Shown: positions 29,837 to 41,011, counted from the stretch's first letter. The stretch: DNA of 64,000 bases from Abditibacteriaceae bacterium (GCA_965277285.1 OZ255721.1:2560001-2624000), one strand, 5' to 3'. The notes: generated by a model from the letters alone, not told the origin. Program-made: numbers and translations.

Positions 29837-30892
29837 CTACACCACTTCGCGTCCTGGAATCAGTTCGACGACATCGGGATGACTGTAGTTGACGATGACA
29901 ACCGAATACGGATAAGGTTCGCCTTGCCGTTTTTCGATGCGAATCGCACCAGCGCGCGATAATCCATCGAGTACGCGACGACGCTCGAAGTCGGCCAGCG
30001 AAGGCATTTCGTCCGCCAGCTGGCGCAAAAACGGGCCGAGCCACAATTCGTTGGTGTAGCGCGTGATTTGCAAACGCTGCAATTTTTCCAAAACCAAAGT
30101 CAAACATTGGCGCTCGTCTTCTTCCAGCACGCGGCGAACCGGCGCGAACTCGACTGGCTCGATGAAAACGGCGGGCGCGTTTTCCAGGTCATTGGAGGGC
30201 GCACTGGGAAGCGTCAAACCGTTTGCCAGAGGCGTGGAATAAACGGTGCGCGCGCGCTGCTCCAATTGCTGCGATTGCGCTTGGAAACGCTGATTGCGTT
30301 CATCGGCCAGTTTTTGTTGCTCGGTGCGACGCGTTTCCAAGGTTTCCAAAGTCGCCGCGTCCAGCAACGTGCGCGCGTCAATGAACTGCGATTCGCCCAG
30401 GTTCAGCAACAAATCGCCGGATACAGTTTCACGGAAACCAACGCCTAAAACGTTTCTCGCCTGACGACGCAAATGCTGAATCACGGGAATGTAATCGCGG
30501 TCACCCGCCACCAGAATAAAGGTTCCGATTTCGCCACGCGTATAAAGCACTTCCAAAACATCGATGCACAAACGCATATCCGCGGCGTTTTTGTGGTCGG
30601 TTCCCATCACGTTTTTGGTATCGACACCCAATAAATAAAGCGCGCCCTGCGGCGTCGTTTCCAAGCGTTCAAAATCGGCATAAGCATTCAAAACAATGCA
30701 ATCCATGCTGAACTCATCGGTCAGTTTTTGGCGCAAGTTGCGCAACAATTCGAGAATGTGATCGTTGAGGCCAGGCGGATCGAAAAAAGTGTTTTTGAAG
30801 AAGTAGTAAACGTTTTCAAAATCGAGAAAAACCGCCGCAAAACGCGATGGTTCAACGCGCGTCGAAGCCAGTTGAGTAGAAAAATTATTCAT
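29837..30892 (-). CDS. NYN-domain protein
   Basis: VFLDFENV, KNAADMRL and AGDRDY motifs. Confidence 0.88.
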   Translation of the reverse strand: MNNFSTQLASTRVEPSRFAAVFLDFENVYYFFKNTFFDPPGLNDHILELLRNLRQKLTDEFSMDCIVLNAYADFERLETTPQGALYLLGVDTKNVMGTDHKNAADMRLCIDVLEVLYTRGEIGTFILVAGDRDYIPVIQHLRRQARNVLGVGFRETVSGDLLLNLGESQFIDARTLLDAATLETLETRRTEQQKLADERNQRFQAQSQQLEQRARTVYSTPLANGLTLPSAPSNDLENAPAVFIEPVEFAPVRRVLEEDERQCLTLVLEKLQRLQITRYTNELWLGPFLRQLADEMPSLADFERRRVLDGLSRAGAIRIEKRQGEPYPYSVVIVNYSHPDVVELIPGREVV

Positions 30893-31074
30893 GCCTTCAT
30901 TTTAGCGCGAAACCACCAATCGAGTACTCGATATTCGCTCCTTTTTGCTGGAAAGCGGGCGTTTTGTAAACTGTTACAAGTCCTTAACTCCCCTGAAACA
31001 TGGCGCGTTTAGAATTACTGGAAATCTTCCGTTCCATTTCGCTGTTTATCGAACGTCTATCCAAAGTCGCAATT

Positions 31075-32667
31075 ATGCAATCGCAAAGTCAATCTCAAGG
31101 TCAGCAAAACCAGTTTCAGGGCAACGGCTCGCCGTCTCAAAGTCAGGGGCAAAGCCAATCTCAAAGCCAGCGTTTGTTCGCCGAACCGATCAAGCACGGC
31201 TTGTTCGCGGGCTACGACGAAGGCGGATTTTACGACGAGATGTTTGACGAAAAAGGCTTGCCGCGCGAACACTACCGCGGCGTTTTCGATCAACTCTGCG
31301 CCATGACGCCGCGCGATTTCGATGCGCGACGCCGCCGCGCCGACCTCACATTTCTGCAACAAGGCATCACCTTCACGGTTTATGGCGGCGACAACGGCGG
31401 CAACACCGAGCGCATTTTCCCCTTCGATCTGGTGCCGCGCATCATCACGGCGCGCAAGTGGAAACGCATCGAAGCCGGTTTGATGCAACGCATTCGCGCC
31501 TTGAACTTGTTTCTGCACGACGTTTATCACGACCAGAAAATTCTCAAAGACGGCGTTGTGCCCCTCGATTTAGTACTCGGTTGTCCCGATTACAGGCGCG
31601 AGATTTTCGGCGTCGATGTCGTGAAAGACGTTTACATCAACATTACGGGAACCGACCTGGTGCGCGACGGCAAGGGCGAATATTTCGTGCTCGAAGACAA
31701 TCTGCGCAGTCCATCTGGCGCTTGCTACGTGCTGGAAAATCGCCAGGTGATGAAGCACACTTTTCCTAACACTTTTGAAAATTATGGTGTGCGTTCGGTC
31801 GATACGTATGCGCTCGATTTGCGCGACTCTTTGCGCGCTGTCGCACCGGCGGGCATTGAAAACCCGACGATGGTTTTGCTGACGCCGGGCATTTACAATT
31901 CGGCCTATTACGACCACGCGTTTTTGGCAAAGCAAATGGGCATCGAACTGTGCGAAGGCAGCGACCTCATTGTGGACGACGCCAAAGTGTATATGCGCAC
32001 CACGCAAGGCTTACGTCGCGTCGATGTAATTTATCGCCGCATTGACGACGATTATCTCGACCCGATGACCTTCAAGCCCGATTCGACGCTGGGCGTGACG
32101 GGTTTGGTCAATTGCTGGCGCGCCGGTAACGTCAGTCTGGCCAACGGCATTGGAACCGGCGTGGCGGACGACAAAGCGGTGTATGCGTATACGCCGCAAA
32201 TCATCAAGTATTATTTGGGTGAAGAGCCGATTCTGCCGATTGTCCCGACTTATTCGACGGCTAAAGACGATGAACGCCAATATGTGCTGGAGCATTTGCA
32301 CGAACTCGTTGTAAAACCGACAAACGGCAGCGGCGGTTATGGTTTGTTGGTAGGGCCGCATTCGACCGCGTTGCAGCGCCAGGAGTTGCGCGAGCGTATT
32401 ATCGCCGACCCGCGCGGTTGGATCGCGCAGCCGACGCTGGCCTTGTCGCGCCATCCAACGTATGTCGGCGAAGAAAACGAGGCTCCTGGCGAAGGTCATT
32501 TTGAAGGCCGTCACGTCGATTTGCGCCCTTATATCACGTATGGCGACGACATCAAAGTGCTGCCCGGCGGCCTGACGCGCGTCGCTCTGGTCAAAGGTTC
32601 GCTGGTGGTGAATTCAAGTCAGGGCGGCGGCTCGAAAGACACCTGGGTTCTGAGCCGCGATTTTTAA
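31075..32667 (+). CDS. Circularly permuted type 2 ATP-grasp protein
   Basis: [30 protein letters not shown] and [15 protein letters not shown] motifs. Confidence 0.95.
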   Translation: MQSQSQSQGQQNQFQGNGSPSQSQGQSQSQSQRLFAEPIKHGLFAGYDEGGFYDEMFDEKGLPREHYRGVFDQLCAMTPRDFDARRRRADLTFLQQGITFTVYGGDNGGNTERIFPFDLVPRIITARKWKRIEAGLMQRIRALNLFLHDVYHDQKILKDGVVPLDLVLGCPDYRREIFGVDVVKDVYINITGTDLVRDGKGEYFVLEDNLRSPSGACYVLENRQVMKHTFPNTFENYGVRSVDTYALDLRDSLRAVAPAGIENPTMVLLTPGIYNSAYYDHAFLAKQMGIELCEGSDLIVDDAKVYMRTTQGLRRVDVIYRRIDDDYLDPMTFKPDSTLGVTGLVNCWRAGNVSLANGIGTGVADDKAVYAYTPQIIKYYLGEEPILPIVPTYSTAKDDERQYVLEHLHELVVKPTNGSGGYGLLVGPHSTALQRQELRERIIADPRGWIAQPTLALSRHPTYVGEENEAPGEGHFEGRHVDLRPYITYGDDIKVLPGGLTRVALVKGSLVVNSSQGGGSKDTWVLSRDF

Positions 32668-32744
32668 GTTGAATATCAAACCGCAGAGGCGCTGAGAGAT
32701 TTCAAGAGAGAAAATTGATTAATCGAGTACTCGAAACTGACAGT

Positions 32745-32810
32745 GTGTCATTCTGAGCGCAGCGAAGAATCTAACTGTAAATAGATTCTTCGCTGCGCTC
32801 AGAATGACAC
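32745..32810. repeat. REP family B hairpin (GTCATTCTGAGCG.AGCGAAG.ATCT)
   Basis: GTGTCATTCTGAGCGCAGCGAAGAATCTA ... TAGATTCTTCGCTGCGCTCAGAATGACAC; second copy at 36031-36094. Confidence 0.88.
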
Positions 32811-32885
32811 GCTCTTTTTCTTCTTTTGAAGCCTCTGCGCCTCCGCGTCTCTGCGGTCAAAAGTGTTTCAAAGATTGGAGCAAAA

Positions 32886-33866
32886 ATGTTAAGTCGTGTG
32901 GCGGATGCGCTATTTTGGATGTCGCGGTATTACGAGCGTGCGGAAAATACGGCGCGCTTGATCGATGTCAACATCAACATGATGCTGGACATGGGTAGCG
33001 TGCTGGGTGAAGAAGGCAGCAGCGCACGCTACTGGAACCCGATTATCGGCATTTCCAGCCCGTTCTGGGATTTTCGCAACCGCTATCCGCGCACCACGCA
33101 GGAAAACGCCATCGAGTGGCTGACTTTTGGCGAAGGTAATTCAAACTCGATTTTGAATTGCATTCACCACGCCCGCGAAAACGCGCGCGCCATGCGCGGC
33201 AACATTTCCAGCGAAATGTGGGAACAAGTCAACACTACGTACTTGAACCTGCGCGAAACCAGTCTGGATAATATCCGGCGTGAAGGCGCTTATTTGTACT
33301 TTCGTCGCATCCGCGAAGCGAGCCAGCTTTTCCAAGGTCTGGTCGAAACCACCATGCGCCGTGACGAAGGCTGGCAATGGATCAAAGTCGGTTCCTACCT
33401 GGAGCGCGCCGACGCCACAACGCGTTTGGTGGACGTGAAATATCACATTTTGCTGCCCAGCGTGGAAGAAGTCGGCGGCCCAATTGACAACGTGCAATGG
33501 ATGGCGGTTTTGAAATCGTGTTCGGCGTATGAAGCGTATCAGCGGCGTTACGCGGCACGCATTACGCCTTCGCGCGTCGCTGAGTTTCTCGTGCTCGACC
33601 AAACGTTTCCGCGTGCCGTTCGTTTCTGCTTCGATCAAATTCATTGGTCGTTGCGCTCCATCGGCATCGAACATGGCGATCTGGGCGAAGGCGCGCCGGA
33701 AATTGTCGCGTCCAATGTGCGGCGAACCTTGCAGGAAACGACGATGAACTCAATTATTCAATACGGATTGCATCAATATATGCTGCAACTGCAAGGCTCG
33801 TGCGTCGAAGTTTCCAACAAGATTTCCGGGCGCTACTTTCAAGGCACTTTGCGGCACGCGGCCTGA
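32886..33866 (+). CDS. Alpha-E domain protein
   Basis: MLSRVADALFWMSRYYERAEN, ARENAR and LERAD motifs. Confidence 0.93.
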   Translation: MLSRVADALFWMSRYYERAENTARLIDVNINMMLDMGSVLGEEGSSARYWNPIIGISSPFWDFRNRYPRTTQENAIEWLTFGEGNSNSILNCIHHARENARAMRGNISSEMWEQVNTTYLNLRETSLDNIRREGAYLYFRRIREASQLFQGLVETTMRRDEGWQWIKVGSYLERADATTRLVDVKYHILLPSVEEVGGPIDNVQWMAVLKSCSAYEAYQRRYAARITPSRVAEFLVLDQTFPRAVRFCFDQIHWSLRSIGIEHGDLGEGAPEIVASNVRRTLQETTMNSIIQYGLHQYMLQLQGSCVEVSNKISGRYFQGTLRHAA

Positions 33867-33955
33867 ATGCAAATACGGAATACGGAATAAAAAGCTCCAA
33901 CTTGGACAACGACGTTTCAACTTCGAGTACTCGATATTCCGCATTCATCATTTCT

Positions 33956-34852
33956 ATGATTGTCACCACTTTGCACGAAACGACTTTCAACTACGCGCGC
34001 CCGATTGAACGCACGTTCACTGAAGCGCGTTTGGCGCCGGTTTCCGACAGCGGTCAGACCTGCCACGAGTTTTTCCTGACCGTTGATCCGATGCGTCCTC
34101 TGCTGGAAAACCTCGATTATTGGGGCAACCTGACGATGAGTTTCAACATTCTGCCGCCGCATCGTCGCGTCGTCATCACGGGACGTTCGGTCGTCGAAAC
34201 GCACCGCGATCCGTTTGCGCCGCAACCTGTCGATGAATTTGAAACGCGTCGCGCGCAAATGGACTTGTTGGCTTTCGACGGCCCTGTCGAGTACTCGAAT
34301 GACGTGGAAACCTTGCGCGACGACGCTGGTTTGATGACGGCCAACAACGACGCGCCCTGGTTCGACGACGACAGCGTTTTCGCCCGCGTGCAAAAGCTGA
34401 ACTCGATGATTTTCGAGCGTTTCACGTATTGCACCGACGCGACCGATGTTCACACGCACATTTCGGAAGTGTTCGCCTTGAAGCGCGGCGTGTGTCAGGA
34501 TTTCGCGCACGTTTTTATCGCCGTTTGTCGCGCGGCTCAACTTCCGTGTCGCTACGTCAGCGGCTATCTGGTGACGCGGCGCGCACGTTCCAGCGAAGGT
34601 TCGGGCGCTTCGCACGCCTGGGTCGAAGTTCTCATTCCGCGTCATGGCTGGTGCGCGCTCGACCCGACCAACAATTTGCTGGCCAACGACAGCTACATCA
34701 AGTTGGCGCATGGCCGCGATTACCGCGACGTGACGCCGACGCGCGGCGTTTTCAAAGGCAGCGGCGTCGATTGTCGGATGAGCGTGCGCGTGCATACACT
34801 AACCGAAGAAGACCTTTCGAGTACTCGAAATGAGCCTGAATTAGTCGGCTGA
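33956..34852 (+). CDS. Transglutaminase-family protein
   Basis: GVCQDFAH, RYVSGY, SHAWVE, DPTN and GRDYRDV motifs; the track ORF extends upstream, likely start is ATG 33956. Confidence 0.92.
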   Translation: MIVTTLHETTFNYARPIERTFTEARLAPVSDSGQTCHEFFLTVDPMRPLLENLDYWGNLTMSFNILPPHRRVVITGRSVVETHRDPFAPQPVDEFETRRAQMDLLAFDGPVEYSNDVETLRDDAGLMTANNDAPWFDDDSVFARVQKLNSMIFERFTYCTDATDVHTHISEVFALKRGVCQDFAHVFIAVCRAAQLPCRYVSGYLVTRRARSSEGSGASHAWVEVLIPRHGWCALDPTNNLLANDSYIKLAHGRDYRDVTPTRGVFKGSGVDCRMSVRVHTLTEEDLSSTRNEPELVG

Positions 34853-34861
34853 ATTACAAAT

Positions 34862-34946
34862 AACGAACCCGAAGCGTAAGCGACGGGCTTAAGTCATATT
34901 TACTGGAAACTCTTACGTAAGCCCGTCGCTTACGCTTCGGGTTCGT
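34862..34946. repeat. REP family A inverted pair
   Basis: ACGAACCCGAAGCGTAAGCGACGGGCTTA ... TAAGCCCGTCGCTTACGCTTCGGGTTCGT. Confidence 0.88.
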
Positions 34947-34973
34947 GAGAAGTATTCTGTATAACTGAATCTT

Positions 34974-35900
34974 ATGATTGCTTATCCTCCTGAAAACGAC
35001 ACACTGGAAGCCAAGCGCGAGCGAGGTCGTTCGCCGCGCCTTTTGCCTGATTATGTGCCGCATCCCAGCGGAATTCTCACCTTGCGCGTCGGCAGCGAGT
35101 TCGTCTACACGTCACAGGGCGACACACCGGCAGTCTTGCAGGTCGAAGCGCTCCAGGACACTTACGCGAAAATTACGCACGAACGATGGGAAGTCACGCC
35201 GTCTCTTGATTCGCACGAGTACAAGGACGTTTACGGCAACCGTTGCCGCCGCGTGACTTTGCCACCCGGACAAACCACGTTGCGCTACGACGCATTGGTC
35301 GAAATCTCGGCGCACCCCGACCCGTTCGTGCCCGATGCAACTCAAGCGCTCGTGCAAGATTTGCCGGACGAAACGTTGTTATTCACGCTCGCCAGTCGCT
35401 ATTGTCAAAGCGATTCACTATCTAACGCCGCCTGGGAATTGTTCGCCAACTCGCCGCCAGGTTGGGCGCGCGTGCAAGCCATTTGCGATTGGGCGTACCA
35501 GAACGTGATTTACGTTTCGGGTTGCTCGACGCCGGAAACGACCGCGCTCGACGTTTACAATTCGCAACAGGGCATTTGCCGCGATTTCGCGCATATCGGC
35601 GTTACGTTGTGCCGCGCGATGAACATTCCGGCGCGCTATTGCTTTGGTTATATGCCCGACATCGGCGTCGAAGTTCCCGATGTCGCCATGGATTTCCACG
35701 CCTGGTTTGAAGCCTATCTTGGCGGCAAATGGCGCACTTTCGATGCGCGCCACAACGTTCCGCGCATCGGTCGTGTGCCGATTGCGCGAGGCCGCGACGC
35801 CGTAGATTGCGCGATGGTCACAACTTACGGCGCCGCGAACCTGGATAAAATGACGGTTTGGGCCGATGAAGCCACGCAAGACGATCTCAACGCGTTCTAA
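34974..35900 (+). CDS. Transglutaminase-family protein
   Basis: SRYCQSD, GICRDFAH, DFHAWFE and GRDAVD motifs. Confidence 0.92.
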   Translation: MIAYPPENDTLEAKRERGRSPRLLPDYVPHPSGILTLRVGSEFVYTSQGDTPAVLQVEALQDTYAKITHERWEVTPSLDSHEYKDVYGNRCRRVTLPPGQTTLRYDALVEISAHPDPFVPDATQALVQDLPDETLLFTLASRYCQSDSLSNAAWELFANSPPGWARVQAICDWAYQNVIYVSGCSTPETTALDVYNSQQGICRDFAHIGVTLCRAMNIPARYCFGYMPDIGVEVPDVAMDFHAWFEAYLGGKWRTFDARHNVPRIGRVPIARGRDAVDCAMVTTYGAANLDKMTVWADEATQDDLNAF

Positions 35901-36030
35901 TTCGAGTACTCGATATGTCTCGTTTGAAACTTGCGTTTGGAACGATGGACAAATTAGGAAACGCCATCAGACTCGCAGTTTGTCATTATGAACGCGTTTA
36001 ACAAAATGCAAAACGCTCGAAAGTAAAATG

Positions 36031-36094
36031 TGTCATTCTGAGCGAAGCGAAGGATCTAATTACAGTTAGATCCTTCGCTTCGCTCAGAATGACA
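36031..36094. repeat. REP family B hairpin
   Basis: TGTCATTCTGAGCGAAGCGAAGGATCTAA ... TTAGATCCTTCGCTTCGCTCAGAATGACA. Confidence 0.88.
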
Positions 36095-36268
36095 AAGTAA
36101 CAATTTGTGGACTGCTGAAATAGTTTCCAAAACTCACAAAGCGCTTGAAGATTAAGTTCTCAGGCGCTTTGTGGCGTTTGCTGGCCGCGAAATTGAGCGC
36201 CATCTATTATTTCGTCTGGCGCAAGACGTTAAAATAGAAGCCGATTCCATTCGAGTACTCGATTTCTT

Positions 36269-38182
36269 ATGCCAACTTCATCACGCTCCTTCGCTCGTCC
36301 CGTCGTCGATTTAACGCGCAGCCGCGCGGCGCAACTTAAGCCGTTGCCTTTATCAGCGGTGCGTTTAGAAGACACCTTCTGGCAACCGCGCCGCCAAATC
36401 AATCGCCGCGAAACGTTGAAATCGCAGTTCGAGCACTTGCAAGCGACGCCGCGGCTGGCCAATTTTCGTCGCGCCGCTGGCCTGGAGAAAGGCGAATTTG
36501 AGGGACTGATTTTCGACGACTCTGACGTTTACAAGTGGCTCGAAGCCGCTTCATCAACGCTGGCGCAAGACGATGACGCCGATGTTCGCGCCATGATGGA
36601 TGAAGTCGCGCGCACGGTCGCCGCGGCGCAGCAACCCGACGGATTTTTGCATTCATATTACACGCTGCATCCCGAAAAAGAGCGTTGGGAAAACCTGCGC
36701 GACAACCACCAGCTTTATTGCATGGGACATTTTCTGCAAGCGGCAGTCGCCCATTCTCGCGCGACTGGCGAACGCGAGTTGCTCGACGTAGCGACGCGCT
36801 TGGCCGATTGCATTGACCACGATTTCGGCTGGGGAAAGCGCGAAGAAACCGACGGTCACGAAGAAATCGAACTCGCCCTGGTCGAGTTGTACCGCGAAAC
36901 CAACGAAGCGCGCTACCTTCAATTGGCGCAGTTTTTCATTGATGTGCGCGGGCGCGGAACCATCGGCGGCAGAGATTACAACCATGATCATGTGCCGTTT
37001 CGAGTACTCGATCGCATGACGGGACACGCCGTGCGCGCTCTTTATTACGCGACTGGCGCGGCGGACGTGTTTCTCGAAACTGGCGAAGATGCCATGTGGA
37101 ACGCGCTCGAGGAACAGTGGAAAAATTTCACGCAGCGCCAGATGTATGTGACGGGCGGCGCCGGTTCTCGCTGGGAAGGAGAAGCGTTCGGCTTCGATTT
37201 CGAGTTGCCAAACCAACGTGCTTATACCGAAACTTGCGCTGCCATCGCAGTCGTGATGTGGGCGTGGCGCATGGGACAACACAGCGGCGAGGCGCGCTTC
37301 TTTTCCGTCCTCGAACGCGCGCTTTACAACGGCGTTCTCAGCGGCCTTTCGCTGAGGGGCGACGAGTATTTTTATCAAAACCCGTTGGCCGACGATGGCG
37401 CGCACCGACGTCAAAAATGGTTCGGCTGCGCTTGCTGTCCGCCCAACATCGCGCGCTTGCTGGCGCAACTTCCCGGCTATTTTTATTCGGTTTCGCCCGA
37501 AGGAATTTGGGCGCATTTATTCGCACAAAGTCAGGCTGAAATCAGTTTGCCGGACGGCGCAACGGTGCGATTGAAGCAGCAAACCAATTTTCCGTGGGAC
37601 GGCGAAATCGCGTTCCAGATCGAAGAATCGCCAGAGAGTGAATGGTCGCTTTTCGTGCGCATTCCCGAGTGGGCGCGTGGCGCGACATTGCAAATCGAAG
37701 GTGAAACGCGCGAAGTCAAAGCTGGCGAATATCACGAAATCCGCCGCGTCTGGAAAAACGGCGATATGGCCAAGCTGAACGTGCCAATGGAGACGCGCTT
37801 TTTGCGCGCTCATCCGCACGTAACGGAAAATCGCGGTCGCGTCGCGGTAATGCGTGGCCCGTTGGTTTACTGCGCTGAAGCCTTGGATTTCAACGGCGTT
37901 GATGTGCGCGACTTGCAAGTTTCACCGCAGCAACCGCTTGTTCCCGTTTACGAGAACGAACTTTTAGGTGGCGTTGTGACTTTGCAAGGCGAAGTCGAAA
38001 TCGTAGCGTCCGGCGAAGTGTGGCAGAACGAACTTTACGCGCCCGTCGCTGATGTGCAGGAAACTTCGCCGCGGGCGACACCTTTGAAACTGATTCCGTA
38101 TTACGCGTGGGCGAATCGCGCCGCCGCGCCGATGCAAGTGTGGCTGCAAGAAAAACCAAGCGATGACACAGCGAAATCTTAA
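36269..38182 (+). CDS. GH127 beta-L-arabinofuranosidase-like protein
   Basis: DSDVYKWLEA, GHAVRA, YTETCAA, CACCPPN and IPYYAWANR motifs. Confidence 0.93.
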   Translation: MPTSSRSFARPVVDLTRSRAAQLKPLPLSAVRLEDTFWQPRRQINRRETLKSQFEHLQATPRLANFRRAAGLEKGEFEGLIFDDSDVYKWLEAASSTLAQDDDADVRAMMDEVARTVAAAQQPDGFLHSYYTLHPEKERWENLRDNHQLYCMGHFLQAAVAHSRATGERELLDVATRLADCIDHDFGWGKREETDGHEEIELALVELYRETNEARYLQLAQFFIDVRGRGTIGGRDYNHDHVPFRVLDRMTGHAVRALYYATGAADVFLETGEDAMWNALEEQWKNFTQRQMYVTGGAGSRWEGEAFGFDFELPNQRAYTETCAAIAVVMWAWRMGQHSGEARFFSVLERALYNGVLSGLSLRGDEYFYQNPLADDGAHRRQKWFGCACCPPNIARLLAQLPGYFYSVSPEGIWAHLFAQSQAEISLPDGATVRLKQQTNFPWDGEIAFQIEESPESEWSLFVRIPEWARGATLQIEGETREVKAGEYHEIRRVWKNGDMAKLNVPMETRFLRAHPHVTENRGRVAVMRGPLVYCAEALDFNGVDVRDLQVSPQQPLVPVYENELLGGVVTLQGEVEIVASGEVWQNELYAPVADVQETSPRATPLKLIPYYAWANRAAAPMQVWLQEKPSDDTAKS

Positions 38183-38228
38183 TTGCGCTCTGTCATCGCT
38201 TGATTTTGAATATCGAGTACTCGAACTG

Positions 38229-38990
38229 TTACTTTTGCGGCGTTTCGGCGGGGTTCCATTCCAGCGGCGGCATCGAATGCGCCAATTCGGTCAGGCCTTT
38301 TCCCCAACGTTCGCGGATGGTTTTAAGATAAGGATCGCCTTCTTTCAGGCGAATGCGGTGCGTGACGCGCAAAGCGTCTTTTTCGTAGCACAAAATATCA
38401 ATCGGTGGGCCGACCGAAAGATTGCTCTTCATCGTCGAATCCATCGACAAGACGCCCAATTTGACGGCTTCGTTGAGCGGCGTCTGGCAGTTGAAACCAC
38501 GATCCAAAATCGGCTTGCCGTATTTCGATTCGCCGATTTGCAAAAAAGGCGTGTCGCTGCTGGCGCGCATCACGTTGCCCTGCGGATAAACATAAAGCAA
38601 ATTGTGCGGCGCGTCGCCGATTTGTCCGCCGACTAAAATGTGAATGTTGAACTTGAAATCGTCTTTTTCCAAGTGTTCGCGGTCGAGTTTTTCGACTTCG
38701 CGGATTTTCTGGCCGACGTAGCGCGCTGTTTCATACATCGTTTTCTGATTCATCAATGTCGCGTGCTCGGGCGAAGCTTTGCCGACCAAAAGGTCTTCGT
38801 CAATCAAAGCCAAAATACTGTGCGTCAGTGACAAATTGCCCGACGCCATCAGGCAAATTACGCGGTCGCCCGGTTGTTCGTAAACGTGCATTTTGCGATG
38901 CACGGCGATATTGTCCATGCCTGCGTTCGAGCGCGTATCGGAAACAAAAACAATTCCCTCGTTGCAAAGAAGTCCCAAACAATAAGTCAT
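38229..38990 (-). CDS. Proteasome-type protease (Anbu)
   Basis: MTYCLG start (N-terminal Thr), SDTRSNAG, QIGESKYGKPILDR and DSTMKSNLSVGPP motifs. Confidence 0.93.
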   Translation of the reverse strand: MTYCLGLLCNEGIVFVSDTRSNAGMDNIAVHRKMHVYEQPGDRVICLMASGNLSLTHSILALIDEDLLVGKASPEHATLMNQKTMYETARYVGQKIREVEKLDREHLEKDDFKFNIHILVGGQIGDAPHNLLYVYPQGNVMRASSDTPFLQIGESKYGKPILDRGFNCQTPLNEAVKLGVLSMDSTMKSNLSVGPPIDILCYEKDALRVTHRIRLKEGDPYLKTIRERWGKGLTELAHSMPPLEWNPAETPQK

Positions 38991-39147
38991 AATAGAAAGT
39001 GGCAAAATCGCTGCGAGCACCTCGCCTGGCTTTTTGCGAAACGGTAGTGTTGCCGACAATCGAGTACTCGACAAGGCGAGACAAACGAAAAACAAACGGT
39101 CGAGCGCACGCTTTTAGCAAATCAGCGCCCATTCTTTCAAGGTTTTC

Positions 39148-41007
39148 ATGCTTCTTCCTTTCAATGTCGAACGTCCCACGCGCCGCGTTCCCGTTTGCAC
39201 CTACACGTTGATCGGCTTGAACGTTTTCGTGTATTTGCTGACAGTATTGGTCGCCAACGTGCAATTGATGAGCGACCGTCCCGTTTTTCATCAGCAAATT
39301 ATTGCGCTAACTCAACTGAAGCAATACGAAGAAGAGCAAGCGCAGCGCGCCGCCGATGCAACTTCTGCAAACGCCAATCCCGACAATTCCGGCAACGCTT
39401 CTGGCGATACGCAAGCGCCATCTTCCAGCCCTCAAAGTTTTTCTTTCGGGTCGAATTCACAAATTGCGCGTGGACAGATGGGCGATGTGCCAACGGCAAA
39501 CGCGCCCGTTTCGCCTTTGCCAGACGGCGCGCCCGGCCTCAACAATGACAGTCTTAACAACAGCCCGACCAATGGCGCCGACGATTCTGGTCTCACGCCC
39601 GCGCCCAGCCAGGACACGATTGAACTGGCGCGCGTGCTCAAAGCCGCGAGTACGGGACAAAAGGTCAGCAAAGACGACATGGTGCGTATGATGACCTTCG
39701 CGTGGGACGACGAGCACGACAAAGATTTATTTGTGCTCGATCCGCATCCGACGACGCTGGCGTGGCTGGCCTATTGGGTTGGCGCGCCCACCGTGCTGGG
39801 CTTTTTCGCTTCGATGTTTTTGCATGGCAGCCTGGATCACATTCTGGGCAATATGCTGTTCTTGTGGGTTTTCGGGCGCGCTTTGGAAGACGCCTTGGGG
39901 CCGATTATTTACACGCTGGCGTATTTTTTGTGTGGCATCGCGGCAACGTTGCTGTTCCATATCGCAACTATGCAGTTCTCACCGGCGCAAGCGATGACGC
40001 CTTCACTGGGCGCGTCGGGCGCCATTGCCGGTTTATTGGGATTGTTCGCGCCGCGTTTTTATCGCACGCCGATCAATGTGTTTTATACGAAATGGGTGAC
40101 CAGTTTCCTGCGTCTCAGCGGCGGCATGATTTTCTGGATGGGTTCGGTTTTCGTGGGCGCTATGCTCGCCAACTTCATCGGTTCTGAGGGCTACATTCTG
40201 GGCACGTTGGTGGTTTTAGCGGCCTTCATTTTCTGGGGCGAAGACGAACTGTGGGGCGAATGGAAAGTGCCCGCCGCGTGGGGCATCGCGGGCTATTTCC
40301 TGTGGAACGATGTGATTCAGCTTTTCATCGAAACTTATACGGGCCAGCGCGGAGGAGTCGCGCATTGGGCGCACATCGGTGGTTTTTGCTGCGGCGTGGT
40401 TTATGCGTTTCTGGTTGGTCTCACAGGCGAAGCGAAAACCGAATACATCACCGACGAAGCCGAAGCGTCGCTCGAAAACAATCACGGGCACAACGCGATG
40501 GAAAGCGCGCAGGAATTGCTGCGCTTGAAACCCAACGATCCGCAGGCGCATCGCTTGATGGCACGCTCTCTGGACGCAAAAAACAAAGGTGACTTGACCG
40601 AAAAAGCCCTCGATGCCTGGGAACTGGCGATTGAAAAGTATTTGCAGGCCGATGACCGCGACGGCGCCGCGCGCACTTATCTCGAAGCCACGAGCAAGCA
40701 CCCGTCGTTTATCCTGATGCCACGCACGCAATTTCTGCTGGGTAATCACATGGCGCGCACCGGCGATCATCTTGGCGCGGCGGAAACTCTGGTCAAGATT
40801 CCTTATACGTTTCCCGATGCGCCCGAAGGCGAACTTTCGCTTTTGCGCAGCGCGCAACTTTATGCGCAACACTTGAGCAACCCGGAACTGGCGCACCAAC
40901 TTCTCACGACCTTGCTGGAACGCTATCCCAACACCGAATGGCGTTCGCAAGCACAGAGCGGCTTGAAAAACACCGAAGCGCAACTCCAAAACGCTTCGCA
41001 AGGATAA
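39148..41007 (+). CDS. Rhomboid intramembrane serine protease with C-terminal TPR-like region
   Basis: MFLHG..HILGNM, GASGAIAG and AHWAHIGG motifs; helical C-terminus. Confidence 0.9.
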   Translation: MLLPFNVERPTRRVPVCTYTLIGLNVFVYLLTVLVANVQLMSDRPVFHQQIIALTQLKQYEEEQAQRAADATSANANPDNSGNASGDTQAPSSSPQSFSFGSNSQIARGQMGDVPTANAPVSPLPDGAPGLNNDSLNNSPTNGADDSGLTPAPSQDTIELARVLKAASTGQKVSKDDMVRMMTFAWDDEHDKDLFVLDPHPTTLAWLAYWVGAPTVLGFFASMFLHGSLDHILGNMLFLWVFGRALEDALGPIIYTLAYFLCGIAATLLFHIATMQFSPAQAMTPSLGASGAIAGLLGLFAPRFYRTPINVFYTKWVTSFLRLSGGMIFWMGSVFVGAMLANFIGSEGYILGTLVVLAAFIFWGEDELWGEWKVPAAWGIAGYFLWNDVIQLFIETYTGQRGGVAHWAHIGGFCCGVVYAFLVGLTGEAKTEYITDEAEASLENNHGHNAMESAQELLRLKPNDPQAHRLMARSLDAKNKGDLTEKALDAWELAIEKYLQADDRDGAARTYLEATSKHPSFILMPRTQFLLGNHMARTGDHLGAAETLVKIPYTFPDAPEGELSLLRSAQLYAQHLSNPELAHQLLTTLLERYPNTEWRSQAQSGLKNTEAQLQNASQG

Positions 41008-41011
41008 GAAT

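Noticed and set aside
30965..30978. TGTAAACTGTTACA as a nitrogen-regulator site upstream of the ATP-grasp gene
   Set aside because: The spacing fits neither GlnR/TnrA (TGTNA-N7-TNACA) nor NtcA (GTA-N8-TAC), and I saw no second copy.
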